A stretch of 32,920 nt of DNA, from NCBI GenBank assembly GCA_036724195.1, contig DAIMGB010000001.1, positions 21,648 to 54,567 of the forward strand, read 5' to 3'. Source of the DNA: Thermoleophilaceae bacterium (GTDB lineage: Bacteria > Actinomycetota > Thermoleophilia > Solirubrobacterales > Thermoleophilaceae). A model generated the notes under the pieces. It made no database searches, was not told where the DNA came from, and saw only the letters and a program-made list of their open reading frames with translations. The position numbers and the translations under genes are program-made. Each line of letters starts with the position of its first letter. The first letter of the stretch is position 1. Of the stretch, positions 17,939 to 26,665 are shown in pieces.

Positions 17939-20365
17939 TCAGCGTTGGCTGAAGCGCCGGCCGATTACCTCACCGGCCAGCACGTTACGCATGATCTCTG
18001 TCGTCCCGCCGCCGAGGCCCATGCCGCGCACGTCGCGGTAGTAGCGCTCGATCGGCAGCTCGCGGCAGTAACCGGCGTGGCCGTGGATCTGGATCGCCTC
18101 ATCGCATACGTGCTTGGCCGCCTCGTTGGCGTAGATCTTGGCCATCGCGGTGAAGCGCGTGACCGGGAAGCCGTCCTCGTCCGAGGCGGCCGCGCGGTGG
18201 GTCAGCTCGCGCGCCGCGTCCAGCTCGATTGCCATGTCCGCGACTTTCCACTGCAGCCCCTGGAACTCAGCGAGCTCGCGACCGAACTGACGGCGGCTGC
18301 GCAGGTGTGCGAGCGAGTCGCCCAGGGCCGCCCGTGCGACGCCGAGGCACATTGCAGCGTTGCCGCAGCGCTCGGGGTTGAACTGGCGCAGCATGATCGC
18401 CGCACCGCGACTGGATTGCGGGTCGGGCGCCACAACGACAGCGAGCGGATCGATGCGGACGGCGTCGAAGTCGAGTATCGCCTCGCCGACCCCCCGCCCG
18501 CCCATCTTCGGCTGGGTCTGCGGCTCGGCAAAGCCGTCCTGGGCGCGCTCGACGATGACCGCGCCGATCCCCTTGGCCCCGCTCGTGCCTGCGAGCCGGC
18601 AGAACACGAGGCAGGTGTCGGCGCGCATCCCGCCGGTGATGTAGCACTTGCCGCCGTGCAGGCGAAAGCCGTCGCCGTCGGGCTCAAGGCGCGTCTGCAG
18701 CTCGGTCGCCGACGAGCCGGCCTCCGGCTCGGAGATGGCGATCGCCCAGTAGCGATCGCCGGTCGGCGTGCCTGGAAGGTAGTGGCGCCGCTGCTCCTCG
18801 GTGCCCAGCGCGAGCACGGCACGGGGCGGGCCGTTGAGGTACATCTGGGCAACCATCGCAGACGACATGCACGTCGCCGCCAGCTCCTCGAGCACGACGC
18901 ATGCCTCCAGAACGCCGCGGCCCTCACCGCCGTACTCGACGGGAACCGTGAGACCCAGCAGGCCGTTTGCGCGCATGCGCTCCCACGAGGGCTCCGGGAA
19001 GACCTCCTGCTCGTCCCAGCCTGCAGCGTCGGGCGCGTTGGCGGCGGCGACCGCCGCCGCGCGCTCGCGCAACGCGTCGAGCTCGGTACCCAGCGGGCGC
19101 ACCAGCGGAGGCAGCGCGATCGCCACCGGGCCGGCGGCGGCGGGGTCGTTGGCCGATGCCACGTCGGCCGCCTGCCGTGGCGGCCGCTGGTCGAAGCGCC
19201 GCCCGAGGACCTCTGCGGCCAGGACGTTGCGGTTGGTCTCCAGGGTCCCGCCCCCGATCGCGGTGCCGCGCGCGTCGCGGTAGTAGCGCTCGATCGGCAG
19301 CTCGCGCGTGTAGCCCCAGTGGCCGTGGATCTGCATCGCCTCACGGCAGATGAACTCGGCGGCCTCGTTGGCGGCGATCTTGGCCTGCATGGTCTGGCGG
19401 GTGACGGGGAAGCCGCCCTCGTCGGAGGCGGCGGCGCGGGCGAGCAGCAGCCGCGCAGCGTCGAAGCGCGTGGCCATGTCGGCGATCTTCCATTGGATGC
19501 CCTGGAACTCGCAGATCTCGCGCCCGAATTGACGGCGCTCGCGCGAGTAGCGTATGGCGCGCTCCAGCGCGGCGCGGGCGATGCCCAAGGCCATCGCCGC
19601 GTTGCCGCAGCGCTCGGGGTTGAACTGGCGCAGCATGGACATGGCCGCCCGCGAGGAGGACGGGTCGGGCGCGATGATCACCGCGTCGCGGTCGATCGCC
19701 ACGCCGTCGAAGCGCAGGACCGCCTCCGCGATGGCGTTGCCGCCCATCTTCGCCGGCATCTGCTCGGTCACAAAGCCGTCCTGGTCGCGCTCGACAACGA
19801 CAGCGCCGATGCCCTTGGAGCCCTGTGTGCCGGCGGCGCGGCAGAACACGAGGAACGCGGTGGCGCGCATCCCGCCGGTGATGTAGCACTTGCCGCCGTG
19901 CAGGCGAAAGCCATCCCCGTCGGGCTCGAGGCGCGTGGTCAGCTCGGTGACCGCCGAGCCGGCCTGTGGCTCGGACATCGCGATCGAGAAGTAGCGGCTC
20001 CCGTCGGCGACCCCGGGCAGGTAGCGCCGCCGGGCCGCCTCCCCGCCAAGCATGCGGATCGCGCGGGGGGGCCCGTTGACGAACATCTGGCAGATCGCCG
20101 CGCCGACGCCGCACCCATAGGCCAGCTCCTCGAGCACGACGCATGCCTCGCGTACCCCGTGACCCTCGCCGCCGTACTCGGTCGGCACGGTCAGGCCGAG
20201 CAGGCCGGATGCGCGCAGGCGATCGTAGAGCTCTTCGGGAAAGGCGCGCTGCTCCTCCCAGCGGTGCAGGTCGGCGTCGCCGAAGGGCGCCGTGACCTCG
20301 GCCGCGCGGGCGCGCAGCTCACCCAGGTAGCCCTCCTCGCCCTCGATCAGCGGCGGGACGGTCAT
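17939..20365 (-). CDS. tandem double acyl-CoA dehydrogenase (two complete ACAD modules in one 808-aa polypeptide)
   Basis: Residues 1-394 and about 415-808 align almost gaplessly. Both halves contain GLLGLTVP.EYGGEG, SEP.AGS, TRLEPDGDGFRLHGGKCYITGGMRA, LRQFNPERCGNAAM, RRQFGRE, ELPIERYYRD and GGGT. Each half ends in GRRF.QR. Confidence 0.85.
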   Translation of the reverse strand: MTVPPLIEGEEGYLGELRARAAEVTAPFGDADLHRWEEQRAFPEELYDRLRASGLLGLTVPTEYGGEGHGVREACVVLEELAYGCGVGAAICQMFVNGPPRAIRMLGGEAARRRYLPGVADGSRYFSIAMSEPQAGSAVTELTTRLEPDGDGFRLHGGKCYITGGMRATAFLVFCRAAGTQGSKGIGAVVVERDQDGFVTEQMPAKMGGNAIAEAVLRFDGVAIDRDAVIIAPDPSSSRAAMSMLRQFNPERCGNAAMALGIARAALERAIRYSRERRQFGREICEFQGIQWKIADMATRFDAARLLLARAAASDEGGFPVTRQTMQAKIAANEAAEFICREAMQIHGHWGYTRELPIERYYRDARGTAIGGGTLETNRNVLAAEVLGRRFDQRPPRQAADVASANDPAAAGPVAIALPPLVRPLGTELDALRERAAAVAAANAPDAAGWDEQEVFPEPSWERMRANGLLGLTVPVEYGGEGRGVLEACVVLEELAATCMSSAMVAQMYLNGPPRAVLALGTEEQRRHYLPGTPTGDRYWAIAISEPEAGSSATELQTRLEPDGDGFRLHGGKCYITGGMRADTCLVFCRLAGTSGAKGIGAVIVERAQDGFAEPQTQPKMGGRGVGEAILDFDAVRIDPLAVVVAPDPQSSRGAAIMLRQFNPERCGNAAMCLGVARAALGDSLAHLRSRRQFGRELAEFQGLQWKVADMAIELDAARELTHRAAASDEDGFPVTRFTAMAKIYANEAAKHVCDEAIQIHGHAGYCRELPIERYYRDVRGMGLGGGTTEIMRNVLAGEVIGRRFSQR
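17942..20362 (-). repeat. intragenic direct tandem duplication, period 1242 nt
   Basis: GTCGCGGTAGTAGCGCTCGATCGGCAGCT occurs at 18032 and at 19274. A 51-nt block is identical at 18620-18670 and 19862-19912. The units are joined by a 57-nt linker (19127-19183). Confidence 0.85.
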
Positions 20366-20408
20366 GGGGTCGGTGTTCGTGCTGATGGGCTCCTCCGGGC
20401 GCCGAGGC

Positions 20409-21557
20409 TCAGCGCGGCAGGCCGAGCACGCGCTCGGCGACGATGTTCTTCTGAACCTGGGTGGTACCCCCGGCGATCGCCAGGCCGCGAGCCATGTAGG
20501 CCAGCCGCTGCCAGCGCCCCCCGCCCTGCAGGTCGTCGGTCAGGGCGACGCGTCCGTCCAGGCCCTCCAGCTCGAGCGCGAAGTCCGCGAGCTCGGCGGC
20601 CAGCGGCGTCATGAACAGCTTGCCGATCGAGGACTCGGGCCCCGGCGCACCGGTGGTCATCTGGGTCAGCGCGCGGGCGCCGTTGAGCCTGTGCACCAGG
20701 GCGCGGCCCCACAGGTCGGCGACGCGTGCGCGCACGGCGGGATCCTCGCCGGTGCCGCTGGCGCGCACGAGCTCGAGCAACTCCCCGATCCACCTCTGGA
20801 CGTTCAGGCGCCCGGTTGCGATCACCACGCGCTCGTAGCCCAGCGTGGCCCGGGCGATCCGCCATCCACCGCCAACCTCGCCGAGCACGCAGTCGCCAGG
20901 GACGTGTGCACCCTCGAGGAAGACCTCATTGAACTCCGCGTCGCCGGTGATCTGGCGCAGCGGGCGGACGCTGACGCCCTCCTGGCGCATGGGGAAGAGG
21001 AAGTAGGTGATGCCGTCGTGGCGACGCCCGCCTGTGCGCGCCAGGAGGATCGCCCAGTCCGCCACCTGCGCACGGCTGGTCCACACCTTCTGGCCGCTGA
21101 TGCGGTAGCCGTCACCCTCAGGCTCGGCTCGACACTGCAGGCCCGCCAGGTCCGAGCCCGCACCCGGCTCGGAGAACAGCTGACACCATATCTCCTCGCC
21201 GGTCAGGATCGGGGTCAGGAACCGGCGCTTCTGCTCCTCGGTGCCGAAGTCGATGATCGTCGGGCCCGCGAAACCCTCGCCGATCCCGTTGACGCGGTCC
21301 GGCGCGCCCACGCTGTCCAGCTCCTCGGCGAAGACGGCTTGCAGGGCTATGCCGGCGCCCCTGCCGCCGTATTCGCGAGGCCAAGACAGGCCTGCGTAAC
21401 CCGCCTCATGCAGGCGACGCTGCCATTCACGGAAGAATACGAGCCGCTCACCCAGCTCGGCCGGCTCGGGCCAGGGCAGCTCGGGCAGCGTGCGCTTCAG
21501 CCACCCGCGCAGCTCGGCGCGGAAGGCAGCCTCCTCTGGGCTGTCACCAAATTCCAT
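20409..21557 (-). CDS. acyl-CoA dehydrogenase (FadE-like, alpha/catalytic type)
   Basis: I chose ATG 21557 (MEFGDSPEEAAF), which has GAGGAA 5 nt upstream. Motifs: WPREYGGRG, LFSEPGAGSDLAG, and C-terminal IAGGTTQVQKNIVAERVLGLP. Confidence 0.9.
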   Translation of the reverse strand: MEFGDSPEEAAFRAELRGWLKRTLPELPWPEPAELGERLVFFREWQRRLHEAGYAGLSWPREYGGRGAGIALQAVFAEELDSVGAPDRVNGIGEGFAGPTIIDFGTEEQKRRFLTPILTGEEIWCQLFSEPGAGSDLAGLQCRAEPEGDGYRISGQKVWTSRAQVADWAILLARTGGRRHDGITYFLFPMRQEGVSVRPLRQITGDAEFNEVFLEGAHVPGDCVLGEVGGGWRIARATLGYERVVIATGRLNVQRWIGELLELVRASGTGEDPAVRARVADLWGRALVHRLNGARALTQMTTGAPGPESSIGKLFMTPLAAELADFALELEGLDGRVALTDDLQGGGRWQRLAYMARGLAIAGGTTQVQKNIVAERVLGLPR

Positions 21558-21598
21558 GACTGTTCCTCGCTCGGGGATCGCTACCATACCGCAACGGA

Positions 21599-21614
21599 GT
21601 TAACGTTCGTTGAC
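21599..21614. promoter_or_regulatory. candidate operator, site c (GTTAAC GTTC GTTGAC), centre of a divergent promoter region
   Basis: Lies in the 87-nt gap between ATG 21557 (minus) and ATG 21645 (plus). On the minus strand a TAnnnT box, TATGGT (21588-21583), follows after 10 nt. Confidence 0.55.
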
Positions 21615-21644
21615 TCAGACGCATGACGATTGTTGACTTTGCTC

Positions 21645-22727
21645 ATGAGATTCGCGCTCACCGACGAGCAGGACATGCTGCGTGCCTCCGTGCGCGGAAC
21701 CCTCCAGCGGGCTGCGCCGATCGGTCGCGTACGTGAATGGCTCGAGGAGGGGGCCGGCACCGAGGCCACGGCCGTGGCCGTCCAGCAGGGCTGGACAGGC
21801 ATAGGGGTCGAGGAGTCCGTCGGCGGACAGGGTGGCGGACTGGTGGAGATCGTCCTGGTGGCAGAGGAGCACGCGCGCGCGGCCGCGCCCGGGGCGCTGC
21901 TCGGCCACGTCGGGCTGGCCCTACCCGCGCTGCTGTCGGTCTGTGGGCCGGGAGACCCGCTGGTCCGAGAGCTGGCCGAGGGCCGCCGCATCGCGGCCCT
22001 GGCCGTTGACGCCGGGGAGATACTCGCCGCGCCCGCAATCGAGGCGACGCGCGTGGGAGACGCGTGGACGCTGCGCGGCGAGGTCGCGCACGTGCTCGGG
22101 GCACCAGAGGCGGACCTGCTGCTGGTGCCCGCGTCCGACGGCGAGGATCAGCGTCTGTTCGCCGTCGAGCAGGCCGCGCCGGAAATCGAGCTGGTCGAGC
22201 TGGCGGGCGCTGACTCCACCCGACGGCTGGCGGCGGTGGATCTTCGCGACATGCCCGCCATGCCGCTCGGCACGGGACCACTCGAGATCGCGCACCTGGG
22301 CGCACGTGCGGCGATCCTGATCGCCGCCGACTCCCTCGGCGCGGCCCAGCGCATGCTCGAGCTCACGGTCGAGTACGTACGAGAGCGCCAGCAATTCGGT
22401 GTTCCGGTCGGCTCCTTTCAGGCCGTCAAGCACATCGCCGCGGACATGCTTGTCGACGTCGAGGCATCCCGCTCCGCGACCTATTTCGCCGCGTGGTCAC
22501 ACCAGCACGACCAGCCCGAGGCAGCCCTCCACGCCTCGGTGGCCAAGTTCGTCAGCACCGACGCGGGAGCGCGTGTGGCCGAAGGGGCGCTCGCACTGCA
22601 CGGCGCGGTCGGGTTCACATGGGAGCACGACCTGCACCTCTTCTACAAGCGCGCGAAGACGAACCTCTCGCTGTTCGGGTCACCGGCACGCCACCGGGCC
22701 CTGGTCGGCGGTGCGCTCGAGCTCTGA
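21645..22727 (+). CDS. acyl-CoA dehydrogenase family protein, beta-subunit-like
   Basis: I chose ATG 21645 (MRFALTDEQDML). Motifs are ERQQFGVPVGSFQAVKH and HGAVGFTWEHDLHLFYKRA. It has no C-terminal GGT block. Confidence 0.8.
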   Translation: MRFALTDEQDMLRASVRGTLQRAAPIGRVREWLEEGAGTEATAVAVQQGWTGIGVEESVGGQGGGLVEIVLVAEEHARAAAPGALLGHVGLALPALLSVCGPGDPLVRELAEGRRIAALAVDAGEILAAPAIEATRVGDAWTLRGEVAHVLGAPEADLLLVPASDGEDQRLFAVEQAAPEIELVELAGADSTRRLAAVDLRDMPAMPLGTGPLEIAHLGARAAILIAADSLGAAQRMLELTVEYVRERQQFGVPVGSFQAVKHIAADMLVDVEASRSATYFAAWSHQHDQPEAALHASVAKFVSTDAGARVAEGALALHGAVGFTWEHDLHLFYKRAKTNLSLFGSPARHRALVGGALEL

Positions 22728-22746
22728 CGGCGGCCGGGATCGCTCG

Positions 22747-22771
22747 GTGGAGTCGCTCCACTCAGTGGAGC
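22747..22771 (+). terminator. possible hairpin downstream of the beta-type ACAD gene
   Basis: The sequence reads GTGGAG tcg CTCCAC tca GTGGAG, giving alternative 6-7 bp stems. It starts 20 nt after the stop. There is no clear U-tract. Confidence 0.3.
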
Positions 22772-22947
22772 GTTCTCCGGGGGGTGAAGGTGCGTGGTTG
22801 ACGGTGCGTCGCGCGGTGATAGCTGGGCCTCGCACGCGCCAGCGCAGGATGTCCAGCGGATCGTCAAGCGCTTCATCCGAGTGCTGCCTGAAGTCGGCCG
22901 GGGCTGACAGCGGCTGCCGGCGGCCATCCTGTGCATGCCGGTGCATC

Positions 22948-24603
22948 TCAGCCCGTGGGGATGAGTTCGGTGGCCACCTCGATGAACGCCTCGACCACGC
23001 GGGCGTCGAACTGCTCGCCGGCGCCATGCTGCAGCTCGGCGCGGGCGGCCTCGTGCCCGATCGCGGGCCGGTACACGCGATCCTCCGTCATCGCCTGGTA
23101 CGCGTCGGCGACCGCCAAGATCTTCGCCTCGAGCGGTATCTCTTCGTCCAGCAGCCCGTTGGGGTAGCCGCGGCCGTCCGGGCGCTCGTGGTGAGCGAGA
23201 ACCCAGCCGTGGATCTCCTCGAAGACCGCGGCGCCGAGGAGCCGGGACCCGATCTCAGGGTGCTGCTTCATCTGCTCCCACTCGTCCGCGTCGAGTGGCC
23301 CAGGCTTGAGCAGAATCGAGTCGGGCACGCCGATCTTGCCGATGTCGTGGAGGATGCCGGCGAGTCCGACGAGCCTGACTTGGTCGGCGGGCAACCCGAG
23401 CCGGCTCGCGGTTAGCTCCGCGTGGCGGCCAACCGTGCGGGAGTGGTTGGCGGTCCGAGAGTCTCGAATGTCGAGCGCCTCCGCCAGCGTCAGCATCGTC
23501 GCCACCTGCACGGAGCCATCGTCCTCGTGCGAGTCCCGCTCCCCGGAGAGGATCCGCGTCACCTCGGCGCTGTAGACCACCGCGCGGTCGCGGCCCAGGC
23601 TCTTCGCCACGTAGAGCGCGCCGTCAGCCGCCCTCACCAGCGCGTGGGCGTCTTGCGCGTGGGTGGGAAAGCTCGCAACCCCGACGCTGACGGTGAGTCG
23701 CGACGCCTTCTCGCCGGCGCTGCTGGCAACCTTCGTCCGGAGCCGCTCCGCCGTTACCAACGCCCCGCGCTCGTCGGTGTCGGGCATGAGCACTGCGAAC
23801 TCGTCCCCGCCGATCCGGTGCGCCGTATCGATACGGCGCACCGAGGCTCGGAGGGCCTCGGTCACGCGCACCAGTGCCCGGTCCCCAATCTGGTGCCCGA
23901 AGCGGTCGTTGACCTGCTTGAAGTAGTCCAGGTCGACGATAAGGAGGCTCAACGGCCGACCTCCCCGATGCACGCGCTCGAGTTCCAGCGAGAGGGCATC
24001 ATCGAAGCCCCGACGGTTGAGCAAGCCGGTGAGCGCATCCCTTTGCGCGGCGTCGGACAGCCTCGACAAGAGGCGGGTGACACGGTCTTTCAGGAGCCCC
24101 ACGAACAGCGCGGACACCAAGAGCGTGCCCATCCCCATCGCGTAATCGCCCGGCCGCCCGGCGCCGCTGAGGTACCGTGAGAGCGCGAGCGCCACGGGAT
24201 AGGTGCCCCCCATCAGCAGCAGCTGCAACAGGGCACGCCTCCAGGACAGGAAGTAGAAGGCGTGCACGTTCAGCCATATGTAGAACAGGGCGTACTCGTT
24301 CCCATATCTGCCACCGAAGAAAACGAGCACGCCGATCAAGACGGTGCCGAGCGCGGTGATCGCCTCGAAGGCGCGGACGTCGAGGCCGGGGACGGCGAGC
24401 ATCACCACTGCCGCCACAGCCGCGACCGCGACCACTGCGAGCAGGACCGACTCGTTTGCCCCCGGCGAGCGTGGAAGCACGAGCGTGAGCGCCAGCAGCA
24501 CCGCGCCAAATCCCCACATGAAGCCGAGCGACCGCGACATCACGAGCCGCTCGTCGGTCACGAGGGCGGCGGGCGGCGGCGCTGCATTTTTCTCCCCGGC
24601 CAT
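22948..24603 (-). CDS. membrane-anchored diguanylate cyclase (GGDEF) / HD-GYP phosphodiesterase
   Basis: About six hydrophobic N-terminal segments. RRID-x5-GGDEF provides an I-site plus the active-site motif. HDIGK and HHERPDGRGYP are intact HD-GYP signatures. Confidence 0.9.
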   Translation of the reverse strand: MAGEKNAAPPPAALVTDERLVMSRSLGFMWGFGAVLLALTLVLPRSPGANESVLLAVVAVAAVAAVVMLAVPGLDVRAFEAITALGTVLIGVLVFFGGRYGNEYALFYIWLNVHAFYFLSWRRALLQLLLMGGTYPVALALSRYLSGAGRPGDYAMGMGTLLVSALFVGLLKDRVTRLLSRLSDAAQRDALTGLLNRRGFDDALSLELERVHRGGRPLSLLIVDLDYFKQVNDRFGHQIGDRALVRVTEALRASVRRIDTAHRIGGDEFAVLMPDTDERGALVTAERLRTKVASSAGEKASRLTVSVGVASFPTHAQDAHALVRAADGALYVAKSLGRDRAVVYSAEVTRILSGERDSHEDDGSVQVATMLTLAEALDIRDSRTANHSRTVGRHAELTASRLGLPADQVRLVGLAGILHDIGKIGVPDSILLKPGPLDADEWEQMKQHPEIGSRLLGAAVFEEIHGWVLAHHERPDGRGYPNGLLDEEIPLEAKILAVADAYQAMTEDRVYRPAIGHEAARAELQHGAGEQFDARVVEAFIEVATELIPTG

Positions 24604-24660
24604 GTCTGTGTCTGCAATATCGGCACGGGTTTCGCTGAGGATAAGTTACGGTCTGTGCAC

Positions 24661-24670
24661 CCAACGTTGG
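24661..24670. promoter_or_regulatory. perfect 10-bp palindrome CCAACGTTGG upstream of the GGDEF/HD-GYP gene
   Basis: Lies in the 104-nt gap between the TetR stop and ATG 24603. The flanks extend it imperfectly to about 18 bp. Confidence 0.25.
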
Positions 24671-24707
24671 ATGGTCGTCGCGTGGGCCACAGCCGCGGTC
24701 GCCGGAC

Positions 24708-25367
24708 TCAGTGCTGACGGTCACCGGCGGACGGGACGAACGGTGTCCGGTTGCCAAGTGCACTTACGCCCTCGAGCACGAGGGCGTGCACATGCTCCCG
24801 CAGCCCCGGGGTATTGAGGAGCGACCGAGGCCAGTAGGCCATCGACAGGACGAGGCCGATCATTGCGTGCGCAGTGGCCCTCAGCTTGGCCTCGTCGTGG
24901 CCCGGATGGCAGCGCCCCAGCGCGTCGATCCACCGGTCCACGTACTGGCCCTGGCGGCGGTGCAGCCGACGGCGTACCTCGGGAGACAGCGAGCGATCCT
25001 CGCGCGCGTAGATGCTCAGCAGCTCGCAATCCTCCACGGCGAAGGCGACCTGCGCGTGGATCAGCGCGTCGAGTTCGGCCTCGGGATCATCTGCCTGTGG
25101 GCCGGCGAGCTGCAGCAGCCGGTCCATCGCGCTGTCAAACAGCGTCGTCAGGATGTCCTCCTTACCGGCGAAGTGGCGGTAAATCGCCGGCCCGGTCACG
25201 CCGGCCGCCGCTCCAATCTCGTCGACCCCGACAGCGTCGTAGCCGCGGGCGAAGAACAGCCGCGCCGCCGCCGCAAGGATCACCCGGTCGCGAGACACCT
25301 CGTGATCGTAGAGAAAGCGCTGTGCGGCGGACTTTGAAGGCAGGGCTCCCATGTCATCTGGCCACAT
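24708..25367 (-). CDS. TetR/AcrR family transcriptional regulator
   Basis: N-terminal helix-turn-helix ARGYDAVGVDEIGAAAGVTGPAIYRHFAGKEDIL. An alternative start lies at ATG 25352. Confidence 0.85.
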   Translation of the reverse strand: MWPDDMGALPSKSAAQRFLYDHEVSRDRVILAAAARLFFARGYDAVGVDEIGAAAGVTGPAIYRHFAGKEDILTTLFDSAMDRLLQLAGPQADDPEAELDALIHAQVAFAVEDCELLSIYAREDRSLSPEVRRRLHRRQGQYVDRWIDALGRCHPGHDEAKLRATAHAMIGLVLSMAYWPRSLLNTPGLREHVHALVLEGVSALGNRTPFVPSAGDRQH

Positions 25368-25400
25368 GAGGACCGTCCGACCGAACGTCCCCTGTACCGC

Positions 25401-26630
25401 TCACCCGTGCAGCTTGACCGGCAGGGTCTTCAGCTGGCTGGAGAACTGGGAGACGATCCAGGTCGGCTCACCGGCGATGGTCATGTCGGGGAAGCGCCTG
25501 ATGGTTTCCTCTACGAGGATCTTCAGCTCAAGGCGCGCGAGCGCGGTGCCTAGGCAGAAGTGACGGCCTCCAGCGCCGAAGGCCTGGTGCTCGGGATTGC
25601 GCAGGACGTCGAAGCGAAGAGGGTCCTCGTAGCGGTCCTCGTCGCGGTTAGACGACGGGTACCAGAGCGCGACCTTGTCGCCCTTCTTGATTTGCTGGCC
25701 GCCGAGTACGGCATCGCGGGTGGCGGTGCGGCGAAAGTGGGCGAAGGCTGGGAACATGCGCAGCGCCTCCTCGACGGCGCCGGGCACCAGCGAAAGGTCG
25801 TTCACCAGCAGATGCCGCTGGTCCGGGTTCTCCATCAGCGCGCGCATCGTGCTCGAGTAGGTCGCCTTCGTCGAGTCATTGCCCGCCGCCATCATCAGCA
25901 CGAACCCCGCGAAGATCTCCTCGTCGGTGAGCACGTCGCCGTCGATCTCGGCGAACACGAGCACGCTCAGCATGTCCTCGGTCGGGTTGGCCCGCCGGTG
26001 GGCGACGAGCTTCATGCACTTCTCGTACATCTGCGGGATGTCCTCGGCGACGAGCGCCTCCAGCCCCTTCGGGTTGAGGCCGGGGTCTCCGAAGCCCAAC
26101 AGCGTGTTGATCGCGACCGCCCAAGGCTCGTCGTCCTCAGGGTCCAGCCCCATGAAGCTGCCGATCACCCGCGAGACAACGGGCTGCGCAACCTCGACCA
26201 CCAGATCGCACGTCTCACGGCCCTCGAGACGGTTCATGACACGATCGGTGATCCCTCGGATCGCATCCTCGTGCTGGGCGATCGCCTTCGGCGTGAAGGC
26301 CCGCTGGAACAACGTCTTGATGCGGTCGTGCTTGGGCGGGTCCATGCCGATGAACATCCCCTGCACCAGCTCGACCGGCACTGCGTGGTCAGTGATGATG
26401 ATGTTGGACGCCGACGAGTAGGTCTGCCAGTCACGGCTGACCGCGAGCACGTCCTCGGCCTTCGTCACCGACCAGAACCCCGCGTCAGGTGGGGACTGCG
26501 CGATGCCCCGGCTCCAATGCACCGGGCATTCGTTACGTAGGCGCTCGAACGTTTCGTGTGGCGGACCCTCGAGCCACAGTTCGTCGTCGGCGACTTGCAG
26601 TGCGTCTAGCTCACCAGCATGTTTTGACAC
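25401..26630 (-). CDS. cytochrome P450
   Basis: Heme loop FGAGGRHFCLG, ExxR (EEALR) and I-helix AAGNDST. GTG start at 26630. The N-terminal codons are unusually AT-rich for this window (TCA AAA CAT GCT GGT ... CTA ... CAA). Confidence 0.9.
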   Translation of the reverse strand: MSKHAGELDALQVADDELWLEGPPHETFERLRNECPVHWSRGIAQSPPDAGFWSVTKAEDVLAVSRDWQTYSSASNIIITDHAVPVELVQGMFIGMDPPKHDRIKTLFQRAFTPKAIAQHEDAIRGITDRVMNRLEGRETCDLVVEVAQPVVSRVIGSFMGLDPEDDEPWAVAINTLLGFGDPGLNPKGLEALVAEDIPQMYEKCMKLVAHRRANPTEDMLSVLVFAEIDGDVLTDEEIFAGFVLMMAAGNDSTKATYSSTMRALMENPDQRHLLVNDLSLVPGAVEEALRMFPAFAHFRRTATRDAVLGGQQIKKGDKVALWYPSSNRDEDRYEDPLRFDVLRNPEHQAFGAGGRHFCLGTALARLELKILVEETIRRFPDMTIAGEPTWIVSQFSSQLKTLPVKLHG

Positions 26631-26636
26631 GGTGTA

Positions 26637-26665
26637 AATTTATGCCCTGTGGCCGGCTTGGTCAA
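26637..26665 (-). promoter_or_regulatory. sigma-70-like promoter for a leaderless P450 transcript
   Basis: On the minus strand: TTGACC (26665-26660), a 17-nt spacer, TAAATT (26642-26637), then 6 nt to GTG 26630. There is no SD. Confidence 0.5.

Noticed and set aside
20366-20396. Alternative upstream ATC start for the double ACAD, 4 nt after a GGAGGA at 20396-20391
   Set aside because: The ATC at 20386 is in frame, but ATC initiation is rare and the 4-nt spacing is short. I kept ATG 20365 and note that it lacks a well-placed SD.
17945-20614. 889-aa plus-strand ORF, the longest in the track
   Set aside because: It is antisense to the double ACAD and the neighbouring ACAD. The product is Arg/Ala/Gly/Pro-rich low-complexity sequence with no motif. 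This is a typical shadow ORF of high-GC DNA, whereas the minus-strand products carry clear ACAD signatures.
25560-26540. 326-aa plus-strand ORF opposite the P450, and 29387-30292 (minus) opposite the GMC gene
   Set aside because: These are shadow ORFs. The opposite strands carry the P450 heme loop and the GMC FAD fold respectively.
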